From: an uncultured Bacillota bacterium
GTDB lineage: Bacteria > Bacillota > Dehalobacteriia > UBA4068 > UBA4997
DNA length: 64,000 bases
Assembly: GCA_948907985.1 (NCBI GenBank)
Contig: CAQWMM010000003.1
Coordinates: 7,173-71,172, forward strand
Reading direction: 5' to 3'
Below, in pieces: positions 8,228 through 17,630 of this stretch. The notes under the pieces were generated by a model. That model searched no databases. It was not told where the DNA came from and saw only the letters and a program-made list of their open reading frames with translations. The translations under genes and the position numbers were made by a program. Position 1 is the first letter of the stretch. Each line of letters begins with the position of its first letter.

Positions 8228-9190
8228 ATGGAACTTTGGGAAGATGCACTGCGCGCAGGCCTGAATTGGCTGCGGCAGGGGCGCGTTTGGCAACAACGAG
8301 CGGTTGACCGGCAAAGTCTGGGCGGCGGGCGGCCGCTGGTGAGCGAGGGCTCGACGGTGGGGAGGCCGAGCGAACAGGAGTTGGCCCTGTTGTTGGGCGT
8401 GGTTGGCAGGCCGGAAAACCCCGGCAAAAAAATTCGGCAGGGGTTGAGTAATCTGAACCGGCCCGGAGGCGGCGGCAGGCCGCAGAAGCGGGCGGCCTTG
8501 CCCGCACTGCCGAACCTGCCTGCACCGCCGGACTTGGTTACGTTGCCAGGCTCGCCCGCGTTGTCAGGCTCGTTGGTTGCGGCGGCTGGGAAAAAAAATG
8601 TACGGGGGCGGCCGCCAGTTGATTTGGCCGTTCGGCTGCCGGCGTTTACAGCGCGGCCGAATACTGGCCAACCGCCGGAAACCGCCGCCGAAGCGGAAAC
8701 GGACGGACAGTCGCCAATTCTGGCAGATTGGGCGGTTGACGTGCGGGCGGGAATGGAAGTGCGAAATTCTCCGGCGCGGGAAATGGCCGGCGAGGCGCAA
8801 AGCGCTGCGGGGCTGGCGGCTATCTTGGCTGAAAGCGAGGAGGTGATTTCGCGGCAGAGCGGCGAGGCGGCGGTGGCTGGGCCTGCTGATATAATAGCGG
8901 AAGCGAGCGGGCCGCCGGATAAAATACCGGAGCTGAACAGCGGGGAGCGGGTGGCTGCAATACCGGTGGCGAACAGGCCGGAGCCGGCGGACGATAATCA
9001 AAGGCTGGCGGCGGCAATTAATCTGACCGAAAAGGCGGCGCGCGAAACCCAGTTAGCGGTGGAGAGCCGGGCCGGCGATAGCGATTTTTTGACGGCATCG
9101 GCTGTGGATTTGGACGGTTTGGCCGATTTGGTAGCCGAAAGGCTGTGCGATGATATTGAGGCGATATTGAACAGTTCATCCTTGGTGTGA
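8228..9190 (+). CDS. Pro/Ala/Gly-rich low-complexity phage protein (320 aa), with a structured N-terminus and an acidic C-terminus.
   Basis: Good RBS (GGGGGTGAAAAG-ATG). It sits where a tape-measure gene would be expected, next to the tail chaperone. There is no helical or tape-measure signature. Confidence 0.45.
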   Translation: MELWEDALRAGLNWLRQGRVWQQRAVDRQSLGGGRPLVSEGSTVGRPSEQELALLLGVVGRPENPGKKIRQGLSNLNRPGGGGRPQKRAALPALPNLPAPPDLVTLPGSPALSGSLVAAAGKKNVRGRPPVDLAVRLPAFTARPNTGQPPETAAEAETDGQSPILADWAVDVRAGMEVRNSPAREMAGEAQSAAGLAAILAESEEVISRQSGEAAVAGPADIIAEASGPPDKIPELNSGERVAAIPVANRPEPADDNQRLAAAINLTEKAARETQLAVESRAGDSDFLTASAVDLDGLADLVAERLCDDIEAILNSSSLV

Positions 9191-9204
9191 GGGGAGGTGA
9201 AATG

Positions 9205-9600
9205 ATGAGCCAGAGTTTGACGGCTTTTTTGCAGGCTAATGCCCGGCGGGAGAATGTGCGCGTGGCGGTATCCGACCGGTTTGTGGACGAGGCGGGCCGG
9301 GCGCAGGAATGGGAATTGCAGCCTTTAACCGCGGCGGATTGGCAGGAGCTTTTGCTGGCGGCGGGCGGCGCCGGGCAGCCGCATTATAACGACATCTTTT
9401 TGGCGCTTTTGGCAAAATCTGTGGTGTGGCCGGATTTGAACAGCGCCGAATTGCAGGACAGTTATGGAGTGTTGGGGGCGGAAAAGCTGCTGTTGGCGAT
9501 GCTCTCGCCGGGCGAATATCAGGTTTTGCAGAGCGCTTTTGAGCAGCTTAATTTGCAGAGCCAGGCGGCGGGCGCGCAGTTGGCGGCGGCAAAAAACTGA
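9205..9600 (+). CDS. XkdN-like phage tail assembly chaperone (G-like product).
   Basis: MSQSLTAFLQANA…VAVSDRFVDEAG…VVWPDLNSAELQDSYGVLGAEKLL…LSPGEY closely parallels B. subtilis XkdN (MSKLQAFLQQNA…VVVSERFKDEEG…YPDLTNAELQKSYGVMGADELV…LPGEF). Confidence 0.7.
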   Translation: MSQSLTAFLQANARRENVRVAVSDRFVDEAGRAQEWELQPLTAADWQELLLAAGGAGQPHYNDIFLALLAKSVVWPDLNSAELQDSYGVLGAEKLLLAMLSPGEYQVLQSAFEQLNLQSQAAGAQLAAAKN

Positions 9601-9755
9601 TTGAGGCCGGCGATTGGGAGGTGAGCGCGGCGTTGGCGGCAATGCTGCGCTGGGGCTGGCGGCCAACGGATTTTATCCATATGAGCGCTGCCGAGCGGGC
9701 CTTTGTAATTGCCGGCCTGCAAAAGGAGTTGGCGGTTGGGCAGCGGTGCGTTTGA
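9205..9755 (+). CDS. Predicted G-T-like frameshift fusion of the tail assembly chaperone. It shifts -1 at 9591-9597 and continues in frame 0 to the stop at 9753-9755.
   Basis: The extension reads LIEAGDWEVSAALAAMLRWGWRPTDFIHMSAAERAFVIAGLQKELAVGQRCV. It looks protein-like rather than frame junk. Confidence 0.45.
9591..9597 (+). other. Canonical -1 programmed ribosomal frameshift heptamer A_AAA_AAC at the end of the chaperone gene.
   Basis: The X_XXY_YYZ heptamer is in the zero frame, 1 codon before the stop. The -1 frame is open for 52 more codons, and GC-rich structure follows. Confidence 0.5.
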
Positions 9756-9778
9756 ATATGAAAGGAGGTGAGCGGTAT

Positions 9779-10048
9779 ATGCTGGAGGAATTGCGGGCCT
9801 TATTTGGCGAGGCGGTTAATGAGGAAAATTTGGCCGAGTTTGAACGCAAATTTGTTAGCCGGACAAGCTATGAGGAATTGCAGCGGCAGTTTAGCCCGGA
9901 ATGGTTGGGGCTGGCCCCGGCGGCGGGCTGCGATGTGGAAGATATTGGCGGCGCAGACGGCGGTTGGAGCCTGCGTTTGGCCCAGGCCGAGGGCGTGGCG
10001 GCGATTAAGCTTAAGCAGGAGGCGGCGGCCAGGGGGATTATCGTGTGA
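9779..10048 (+). CDS. Hypothetical phage protein, 89 aa.
   Basis: ATG with an AAAGGAGGTGAG RBS. It lies between the chaperone and the capsid gene. Confidence 0.4.
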   Translation: MLEELRALFGEAVNEENLAEFERKFVSRTSYEELQRQFSPEWLGLAPAAGCDVEDIGGADGGWSLRLAQAEGVAAIKLKQEAAARGIIV

Positions 10049-10153
10049 GCGGCGGAGTGAAATTGTTGGGGAAATTTATAAAATATCTTAAAGAACGTTT
10101 GTTAAAGGTTTATTTAATAAAAATTATACTTAAATAGAAAGGATTGATTAATA

Positions 10154-11146
10154 ATGACACAGGTAAGTAATATTGGTACGGTTTGGAATTTGCCTAATTA
10201 TGCCGGTGAACTGTTTTGCGCCGACGCGATGCAAACCCCGCTTTTGGCGATGATTGGCGGGCTTTCCGGCGGGAGAATGACCACTAATTTTGAATTCCCT
10301 ACGGCAGCGCTGTTTGATTATCCGGAGGCCGTTCAGCCGGCGATTTCGGAAGAGGCGGCGGCGGTGGCCCCGGAGGCGCAGATGGCGGTACGCGAGCAGC
10401 AAACCAACGTGGTGCAGATTCATCAGGAGGTTATCAATTTGACTTATGCCAAGCAAAGCAACTGCGGGCGTATGCAGGGATTGAATACTGCCGGTGAGGA
10501 GGGCAACCCGTTAGCTGACGAGAGGGCTTTTCAGGTTCAGCATAAGCTGATTAAAATTGCCCGAGATGTGGAACACAGCTTTATTAACGGCAAGTTTCAG
10601 CGGGCGGACAGCAGCAGCAAGGCTAATAAGACGCGCGGCTTGTTGGAACTTTGCAGCGGCGGCACGACTATTGACGCTAAGGGCGCGGCGTTGAGCAAGA
10701 CGCTTTTGCAGCAGGTTTTCCGTGCGATGGCCGATAATGGCGCGTACTTCAGTAATATGGTGATGTTTTTGCCGGCTTTTCAGAAACAGGCGCTTTCGGA
10801 ACTTTATTCCTCGCAGTTTGCGGGCACTGCTGTTTATACGCCCAGTCAACGCCAGGTGGGCGGTGTGAATATTACGGAACTGGAAACCGATTTTTGCCGT
10901 TTGGGCGTTTGTTGGGACCGTTTTATGCCGGCGGATAGCATTTTGATTGCCGATGTGGCACATTTGGCCCCGGTGTTCCAGGCTGTGCCGGGAAAGGGCG
11001 TGCTGTTTGAGGAGGAACTGGCCAAAACCGGCGCGGCGGATAAAATCCAGATTTATGGTCAAATTGGTTTGGCGCACGGCCCGGCCTTTTTGCATGCCTC
11101 GATTACCGGACTGGCGGCGGGAACGACCGCCGGCAGCGGTGAGTAA
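10154..11146 (+). CDS. Phage major capsid protein (candidate).
   Basis: A 330 aa protein at the capsid position of the head module. Its composition resembles XkdG-type capsid proteins. Confidence 0.5.
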   Translation: MTQVSNIGTVWNLPNYAGELFCADAMQTPLLAMIGGLSGGRMTTNFEFPTAALFDYPEAVQPAISEEAAAVAPEAQMAVREQQTNVVQIHQEVINLTYAKQSNCGRMQGLNTAGEEGNPLADERAFQVQHKLIKIARDVEHSFINGKFQRADSSSKANKTRGLLELCSGGTTIDAKGAALSKTLLQQVFRAMADNGAYFSNMVMFLPAFQKQALSELYSSQFAGTAVYTPSQRQVGGVNITELETDFCRLGVCWDRFMPADSILIADVAHLAPVFQAVPGKGVLFEEELAKTGAADKIQIYGQIGLAHGPAFLHASITGLAAGTTAGSGE

Positions 11147-11148
11147 TT

Positions 11149-11613
11149 ATGTTGGCGAAGTTGACTATTCAGCCGGAGGAACTGCGCGAACGGCTGTTGG
11201 CTTTGGGCTATGAGTTTGCGGAAACTGGCCCGGATTCGGAGCCGGACGAGGCTGATTTGTGTTTGGCGGGACGGCGGGCGGCGGCGTTCGCTGTGCGCTT
11301 TTGTAACCGGATTGACTGGGCCAGGTTGGAGTTGGCGGAGCAGGAGGGGCAGGCGTGCGAACTGCCCCCGGCCCTGCGCGAGGCCTTGCTGGACCTGGCG
11401 GCGGGCTATTTTTTGCAGGCCAAAATGGCCCTGGCCCCGGAAAGTTTGGCGGTGATGCCAACGCTGACCTCTTTGCGTTTGGGGGACGCCACCTGGGGTT
11501 TTGGCGGCGGTACGCAGAAAAGCGGCGTCGACTCTTTGAGCCGGGCGGAACTTTTGGCCGCCGGCCTGCTGCGGGAGGCCCGGGCGGCGCTGTGCGCCTG
11601 GCGTTCTCTTTGA
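11149..11613 (+). CDS. Phage head-tail connector/gp6-like protein (candidate).
   Basis: The N-terminus (LTIQPEELRERLLALGYEF…) is typical of head-tail connector proteins. It sits between the capsid and the sheath genes. Confidence 0.4.
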   Translation: MLAKLTIQPEELRERLLALGYEFAETGPDSEPDEADLCLAGRRAAAFAVRFCNRIDWARLELAEQEGQACELPPALREALLDLAAGYFLQAKMALAPESLAVMPTLTSLRLGDATWGFGGGTQKSGVDSLSRAELLAAGLLREARAALCAWRSL

Positions 11614-11655
11614 TTTGGCCGGTTGGCCGGAAATTGACAGCTTGGGGGTGATTGT

Positions 11656-12069
11656 TTGTATGCGCAGAAAATGACCGCGCTTTATGCCCGGGCGGGCCGG
11701 ATGATGCAGCAGTTTTTGGACGGTATTTGCACGGTCTATGCTTTGCAGCCATTGGCGCAGGACGGTGTTTTATGCGGCGGGTTTGCTGATTTTGCCGGTT
11801 GGCAGCCGGTGGAGGGGCAGGAAAGCCTGCCCTGCCATTTGGCCGTGCAGCAGAATGGGCCGGCGGCGGCGGACGAGGACGGCAGCCGGGTGGCAGCGCA
11901 CTGCCGCTTGTTTTTAAGCCGGGCGGAGCAGAGCGGCGCGCCGCCTGCCGGCAGCCGGATGCGGGTGGAGCAGCAGGGGCAGGTTTTTTGGCTGGCTTGC
12001 AGCGGGCTGGCGGCCAGTTATCCCACGCATTGGGAAATGGAGGTTAAATTGTTGGATGAGCGGGCCTGA
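11656..12069 (+). CDS. Phage head-tail adaptor/head-closure protein (candidate).
   Basis: Assigned by position. The C-terminal THWEMEVKLLDE motif fits that family. Confidence 0.35.
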   Translation: MYAQKMTALYARAGRMMQQFLDGICTVYALQPLAQDGVLCGGFADFAGWQPVEGQESLPCHLAVQQNGPAAADEDGSRVAAHCRLFLSRAEQSGAPPAGSRMRVEQQGQVFWLACSGLAASYPTHWEMEVKLLDERA

Positions 12070-12090
12070 GCGAAAGGAGGCGGAGAACTT

Positions 12091-12627
12091 TTGCAGGATT
12101 TTTTATGGGCGGTGGCGGACAGGCTGCGCCGGCTTTTCCCGGAGGGAGCGCCGGTTTATTTTGGCCGGCTTTTGCAGGGTGAAAGAACGCCCTGTTTTTA
12201 TTTGCCGCCGCCGGCGCTGCGCCGTCAGCTTTGGCCCTGCGGCCGGGTGCGCCGGGAAATTGAATTGGAACTGTGTTATTATCCCCGGCAGCGCCGATTT
12301 TCGGCGGAAACGGCGGCTAATTCGTCCGCGGCGCAAAATTTAAGCGGTTTGAGCGAACAGGAGCGCATCGGCGAGGGGTTGGTGCGCGGGATGGGCGAGT
12401 TGACGGGACGCCGGCGCGGTTATCGAGGCCGGGAACTTAGCTGGCAGGCTGGCAATGAATGTCTGCGCTTTAAGGCCAGGTATGTTTATTATACCACTTT
12501 GGAGCTGGAGGCGGCGGACGGCTGGAGCGAGCCGCCGGCAGGCGCGGATTTGATGGAGTTCTGGTTATTGGCGGACAGCGAAGATAATAACGACAATATT
12601 GTAAATGATGATCATACAGAAAAATAA
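12091..12627 (+). CDS. Phage tail-completion/HK97 gp10-like protein (candidate).
   Basis: Assigned by position (third small gene before the sheath). TTG start with a GGAGG RBS. Confidence 0.3.
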   Translation: MQDFLWAVADRLRRLFPEGAPVYFGRLLQGERTPCFYLPPPALRRQLWPCGRVRREIELELCYYPRQRRFSAETAANSSAAQNLSGLSEQERIGEGLVRGMGELTGRRRGYRGRELSWQAGNECLRFKARYVYYTTLELEAADGWSEPPAGADLMEFWLLADSEDNNDNIVNDDHTEK

Positions 12628-12650
12628 ATTTTATAATGGAGGGAAGAAGT

Positions 12651-13958
12651 ATGGCGTTTGGTGGCGGAAGTTTTGTAACGCAAAATAAAATTTTGCCCGG
12701 GGTTTATGTGAATGTTAATCAGCAGAGCCGGGCTGGTTCTAACGTGTCTGAGCGGGGCGTGGCTGCTTTAGGCCTGGAGCTGGACTGGGGGCCGGAGGGC
12801 GAGCCCTTTTTTGTGGAGGCCGGCGAGTTTAGGAGCAAGGCGCAAAAGCTGTTTGGTTATGCTTATGGTGATGAAAAGCTGAAAGGGCTGCGGGATTTGT
12901 TTCTGCACGCGGGGGGTTGTTATTTTTATCGTTTGAATGGCGGCGCTAAGGCGGGCTGCGCTTTGAGCACGGCCAAATACAGCGGCGAGCGGGGCAACGC
13001 GCTGACGGTGAAGGTGGAGGCTGGGCCGGAACCGGGCGGCGGTTTTGAGGTTATAACTTTTTTGGCCGGCCAGGAGATTGACCGCCAGCAGGTGAGCAGC
13101 GCCGCCGCTTTGCGGGATAATGATTTTGTTTGTTGGAAAAAAGACGCGGAACTGACGGCTGACAGTTATGTTCAGCTGACCGGAGGCAGCAGCAAGGCTA
13201 AGGCGGCCGCGGAGGATTATCAAACGATGCTTGAGGCGTTGACGGAATGTGATTTTAACGTTTTGGGCTGTTTGAGCACGGAGCAGGCCGTGAAAACTTT
13301 GCTGGCCAAGTATACCAGAGAACAGCGCGAGGATAACGGGCGCAAGTTCCAGACGGTGCTTTATGATTATGGGGCTAATTATGAGGGCGTGATTTCAGTG
13401 GGCTGCCCGGCGGCGGAAACTGATTGGCCGGCCAGCGCGTTGGTTTATTGGGTGTTGGGCGCGGAAGCCGGCTGCGCGGTGAACGCTACGCTGACCAATG
13501 CCGTTTACGACGGGGAGATTAAGGCGCAGGCGGTAAGCGGGCAGCGGAATTTGCAGCAGGCCCTGTTGGACGGGAAACTGGTTTTGCACCGTTTGAACGG
13601 CGAACTTCGGGTTTTGGAGGACGTGAACTCTCTGGTGGGCTGGCAGGAGAGCGGCCAGGAAGACCGGCGCTTTAATCAGACGATCAGAGTGCTGGACCAG
13701 ATTGTGCTGGATTTGGCCGGCCTGTTTTATCAGCGTTATTTGGGAATTGTGCCTAATGACAACGCCGGGCGCATTAGCCTGTGGAGCGATGTGGTGGCTT
13801 ACTTCCGCAAGCTGGAGGGGCTGCGCGCTATCGAGGGCTTTTCTACCGACGACGTGGCGGTGGAGCAGGGCGAAAATAAAAAAGCGGTGGTGGTTTCGGT
13901 CCGTCTGAACGTAACCAACGCGATGTCGCAGTTATACCTGACGGTTACTTTTAACTAA
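12651..13958 (+). CDS. Phage tail sheath protein (XkdK-like).
   Basis: A ~435 aa protein with a sheath-family N-terminus (MAFGGGSFVTQNKILPGVYVNVN). GGAGGG RBS. Confidence 0.85.
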   Translation: MAFGGGSFVTQNKILPGVYVNVNQQSRAGSNVSERGVAALGLELDWGPEGEPFFVEAGEFRSKAQKLFGYAYGDEKLKGLRDLFLHAGGCYFYRLNGGAKAGCALSTAKYSGERGNALTVKVEAGPEPGGGFEVITFLAGQEIDRQQVSSAAALRDNDFVCWKKDAELTADSYVQLTGGSSKAKAAAEDYQTMLEALTECDFNVLGCLSTEQAVKTLLAKYTREQREDNGRKFQTVLYDYGANYEGVISVGCPAAETDWPASALVYWVLGAEAGCAVNATLTNAVYDGEIKAQAVSGQRNLQQALLDGKLVLHRLNGELRVLEDVNSLVGWQESGQEDRRFNQTIRVLDQIVLDLAGLFYQRYLGIVPNDNAGRISLWSDVVAYFRKLEGLRAIEGFSTDDVAVEQGENKKAVVVSVRLNVTNAMSQLYLTVTFN

Positions 13959-13988
13959 AAATTAATAATATAGAAAGAGGGGAAAAAT

Positions 13989-14456
13989 ATGGCAACAACC
14001 ATGAACGCCTGGGACGCTTTAAGCGCCGGATTGGCGGAATGTTATGTTACAATCGACGGACGGCGTTATAAATTTATGCAGGCCATTAATCTGGAGGCCA
14101 GCATTGAAAAGAAAAAAATGCAGGTGCCGGTTTTGGGACGCGTTGGCCGGGGCAATAAAGGCGTTAGCTGGAGCGGTTCCGGCAAGGCGACCTTTCATTA
14201 TAACAGCTCGGTGTTTCGGGAACTGTTGTATCGCTTTAAGGAAAGCGGCGAGGATATGTATTTTGATATTCAGATTACTAACGAGGACCCGGTGAGCAGC
14301 GTTGGCCGGCAAACGGTGATTTTGAAAGACTGCAACCTGGACGGCGGCGTTTTGGCCAAGTTCAGCGCGGAGGATGAATATTTGGAGGAGGAACTGCGCT
14401 TTACCTTTGAAGACTTTGAGATCCCGGAGAAATTCAGTAATCTGGCCGGGATGTAG
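13989..14456 (+). CDS. Phage tail tube/core protein (XkdM-like).
   Basis: A 155 aa protein directly after the sheath gene, with tube-family composition. Confidence 0.75.
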   Translation: MATTMNAWDALSAGLAECYVTIDGRRYKFMQAINLEASIEKKKMQVPVLGRVGRGNKGVSWSGSGKATFHYNSSVFRELLYRFKESGEDMYFDIQITNEDPVSSVGRQTVILKDCNLDGGVLAKFSAEDEYLEEELRFTFEDFEIPEKFSNLAGM

Positions 14457-14474
14457 GCGGGGGAGGCCGAACTG

Positions 14475-14840
14475 ATGACGGAGGAGAGCAGAACCTATGC
14501 AATGAGCGAGCTTTCCGGCCAGGGCTGTGTGCTGCGGGGTATGACGGAGGGAGCGGCGGCGCTGCGCCAGACGGTGTTTATGCTTTTGCAGACTGAAGCC
14601 GGGCAGTGGCCGGTTTATCCTGACGGTTTTGGCGTGGAGCTGGCCGACCTGTTCGGCCAGCCCCTGGTTTATGTGATACCGGAGGTGGAAAGGCGGCTGC
14701 GGGAGGCGCTGCTGCGGGACGAGCGGATTTTGAACGTGGAAAATTTCAGCTTTAAGCAGCAGAGCAGCCGCCTGCTGGTTGAGTTCACGGTGAAAAGCGT
14801 TTACGGCGAAATGACGCTGGCCGCGGAAATTGCGCTTTAG
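14475..14840 (+). CDS. XkdS-like (DUF2634) baseplate protein.
   Basis: A 121 aa protein immediately before baseplate J. Confidence 0.5.
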   Translation: MTEESRTYAMSELSGQGCVLRGMTEGAAALRQTVFMLLQTEAGQWPVYPDGFGVELADLFGQPLVYVIPEVERRLREALLRDERILNVENFSFKQQSSRLLVEFTVKSVYGEMTLAAEIAL

Positions 14841-14865
14841 GCGGACAGGCGGGGAGGTGAAAGAA

Positions 14866-15936
14866 ATGTTTGAAAATATGACCTATGAAAAAATTATGAA
14901 CGATATGTTGGCGCAGGTGAATAACCCTGTGGATAAGCGCGAGGGTTCGCTGATTTGGGATGCGCTGGCCCCGGCGGCCTGGGAACTGGCCAGACTTTAT
15001 GCCGCTATGGACCAGGTTTTGTTGGAGGGGTTTGCCGATACGGCCTCGCGCCAGTATTTAATTCTGCGGGCCAGCGAACGGGGATTGACGCCGCGGCAGG
15101 CCAGCGCCGCCAGAGCCCTGGGCGAGATTGAACTGGCGGCGGGGGCTAAAGCGCCGCTGGGCGCGCGTTTTTGCTGCGACCGTTTTAACTGGCGTATTGT
15201 GGCTGATTTAGGCGATAAACTTTATGAACTGGAATGTGAGGAGCTGGGCAGCAAGCCCAACGCTTATATTGGCAATATGGTGCCGCTGGAATATATGAAC
15301 GGTTTGAATAAGGCGGAACTGCTCAGGATTCTGGTCCCTGGCGAGGACGTGGAGAGTACGGAAAACTTCCGGGCGCGCTATTTGAAAGATTTGGTGGAAC
15401 AGAGTTTTGGCGGCAATGCGGCAGATTATGTTAATAAGGCGGAAAGTATCGCCGGGGTGGGCGCGGCTAAGGTGCAGGCGGCCTGGAAGGGCGGCGGCAC
15501 TGTGAAACTGCTTTTGTTGAACGAAAAAATGGGTGTGCCGGACAATGCGTTGGTGCAGCGCGTGCAGATGACTTTTGATCCACCGCCGGGGCAGGGTGCC
15601 GGTTTGGGATTGGCCCCGATTGGCCATGTGGTTACGGCGGCGGCAGCCAGAGCCAGAAGCGTGGCGGTGAGTTTGAACGTTACGCTGCGCGAGGGCTGGC
15701 AGCTTGCCGATGTGCAGAAAGCGGCGGCGGGCTGTGTGGACAAATATTTTGCGGATTTGTGCGCCGGATGGGGTGCGGCGGAGCGGCTGATTGTGCGCGT
15801 CAGCCAGTTGGAGGCCCGGATTTTGCAGCTTGACGGCATTTTGGATGTGGGCAGTTTGCAGCTGAACGGCCAGAGCGCAAACCTGACTTTGGCGGCGGAT
15901 GAAATCCCGGTGCGGGGGCAGGTGAGCGTTCATTAA
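14866..15936 (+). CDS. Baseplate J-like protein (XkdT-like).
   Basis: Baseplate_J-like N-terminal region (MTYEKIMNDMLAQVNNPVDKREGSLIWDALAPAAWELARLYAAMDQ). Confidence 0.8.
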   Translation: MFENMTYEKIMNDMLAQVNNPVDKREGSLIWDALAPAAWELARLYAAMDQVLLEGFADTASRQYLILRASERGLTPRQASAARALGEIELAAGAKAPLGARFCCDRFNWRIVADLGDKLYELECEELGSKPNAYIGNMVPLEYMNGLNKAELLRILVPGEDVESTENFRARYLKDLVEQSFGGNAADYVNKAESIAGVGAAKVQAAWKGGGTVKLLLLNEKMGVPDNALVQRVQMTFDPPPGQGAGLGLAPIGHVVTAAAARARSVAVSLNVTLREGWQLADVQKAAAGCVDKYFADLCAGWGAAERLIVRVSQLEARILQLDGILDVGSLQLNGQSANLTLAADEIPVRGQVSVH

Positions 15937-15985
15937 TAATACGGATTATAAAACGGCGGCGAGCTTTGAGGCGCAGGCGGGGCAG

Positions 15986-16516
15986 CTGGCGGAATATCTG
16001 CCGCCGGTGGCTTTGCAGATTCGGAATGTTGAGCAGGTTTTGGACGTGGAACAACCTTTTTTTGCCACGGCCTGGCGACGGCTGGCTGGGGTTTTGTCGG
16101 AGGAGATGATTATGCAGGCCGGCAGCTATGGCATTGGCCGCTGGGAGGAGCTTTTGCAAATTGCCGGGCGGGACAGCCTGAGCCTGGAAGAGCGGCGCAG
16201 ATTGGTTCTGCTGCGCCTGAACGAACAGCTGCCTTTTACGATCAGCCGCCTGCGGGAACTGTTGGCTGCCAATGTGCCGGCGGGCGAATATGTTTTGACG
16301 CTGGACCATGCTGCTTATACGCTGCACGTCTTTTTGGAACTTAGCTCTAAGGGCTGTGCCCCGGCTCTGCGGGAGCTGCTGCGGCGGGTGCTGCCCGCCA
16401 ATTTGCAGTTTGATTTGCAGCTTTTGTATAACACCTATGGCCGCCTGGGCCAATATAAACACGCGGAACTGGCGGGGCTGCGCCATTGGGAAATTCGTGA
16501 GGAGGTGCTTGATTGA
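15986..16516 (+). CDS. XkdU/YmfQ-like (DUF2313) tail protein. The start codon is non-canonical or uncertain.
   Basis: The conserved N-terminal YLP motif (LAEYLPPV) lies upstream of the first GTG (16007). There is no ATG, GTG or TTG between the upstream stop (15923-15925) and the motif. A CTG at 15986 after GGCGGGG would give M-AEYLPP. Confidence 0.5.
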   Translation: MAEYLPPVALQIRNVEQVLDVEQPFFATAWRRLAGVLSEEMIMQAGSYGIGRWEELLQIAGRDSLSLEERRRLVLLRLNEQLPFTISRLRELLAANVPAGEYVLTLDHAAYTLHVFLELSSKGCAPALRELLRRVLPANLQFDLQLLYNTYGRLGQYKHAELAGLRHWEIREEVLD

Positions 16517-17574
16517 TGGCTACTTATACCATAAATTATAATTTGAAAAAACCTGCGCCGTCGGAATATTATAATATTCAGGATTTCAATAATAACGCCG
16601 ATACCATCGACGCTAAGCTTAAGCTGGGCGATGAGGCCAAAACTCTGGCTGACGCGTTGAATACTAAAATGACGGCGGCTAATAAAAATATTGAAAATCT
16701 GCTGAAAAGAAGTTTGATTGCCGTTGAAATTTGGGCTCCGCCTAATACGCAGGTTACGCTGGAGCAGGGGCAGCTTTCGTTTTCCGGCACGGTGAGCAGC
16801 AGCATGACGCTGCTGGCTCCGGTATCGGCTCTGGGGCTTTGGGAGATGACCTATATCTATGCCGGCAAAACCTATTTTCGGGACGTCTGGGTTGATCGGA
16901 TTGGCTATACGCGGGCGGTGGCCGCACCGTCGCTGGCGGCTTCGCCCTGGGCTTTTATCGCTAAGGTTTCGGAGGCCGGGCTGGCCCGAGAGGCCTATGT
17001 TCTGGGCAGCACCAAGAGCGTTGCCAGCAGTTTGGGCACTTATGATATGCAGATTATCGGCTTTGATCATGACTGTTTGACCACGCCGCGGCCGGGGCGG
17101 GAAAGGGCCGGCCTGACCTTTCAAATGCGCTCGTCTACGCCGGCGAATTATTCTATTGATCCGGATATTTATTTTGCGGACAGCTGGCTGGAATGTAATA
17201 TGCGGACCGAGCAGCTGCCGGCTATTCTGGAATCTATGCCGGCCGATTTGCAGAGTGTGATTAAACTGGTGAACAAGTATACCGCCAGCGTTAATTCTAT
17301 GGAGGGACTAAGCAGCAGCGAAGAGTTGTTTTTGTTCTCTGATTATGAACTTTGCGGACACAGCGGGCTGATTACGCCGTATTCTTACAGCCGGCAGTAT
17401 GAATATTACTGCTGCGGCCATACGCCGCAAAAGAATGTTTCTTACTGGCTGCGCAATAATACGTCCGGCCCAAATGGTCTGGAAAATTTCTTATTGCTGG
17501 ACAGTGCAAATAAATCTCCGAAGTTTAGCCGCTGCGAAAATAAGCAAGGGCTTTGTTTGGGATTTTGTGTGTGA
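16516..17574 (+). CDS. Phage tail fibre/receptor-binding protein.
   Basis: The N-terminus (ATYTINYNLKKPAPSEYYNIQDFNNNADTIDAKL) is the conserved tail-fibre N-terminal motif. The C-terminus is Cys-rich. Confidence 0.55.
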   Translation: MATYTINYNLKKPAPSEYYNIQDFNNNADTIDAKLKLGDEAKTLADALNTKMTAANKNIENLLKRSLIAVEIWAPPNTQVTLEQGQLSFSGTVSSSMTLLAPVSALGLWEMTYIYAGKTYFRDVWVDRIGYTRAVAAPSLAASPWAFIAKVSEAGLAREAYVLGSTKSVASSLGTYDMQIIGFDHDCLTTPRPGRERAGLTFQMRSSTPANYSIDPDIYFADSWLECNMRTEQLPAILESMPADLQSVIKLVNKYTASVNSMEGLSSSEELFLFSDYELCGHSGLITPYSYSRQYEYYCCGHTPQKNVSYWLRNNTSGPNGLENFLLLDSANKSPKFSRCENKQGLCLGFCV

Positions 17575-17630
17575 TTTTTGATTTGCCTTGCGTAAAAAAA
17601 CTGAATACAATATGAAGGAGGGGTTGCGTT

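Noticed and set aside
9614-9778. The N-terminal 55 aa of the ORF-track entry 9614-10048 (MGGERGVGG…).
   Set aside because: It is a low-complexity GC-shadow reading that overlaps the -1 extension of the chaperone. The likely true start is the ATG at 9779 with an AAAGGAGG RBS.
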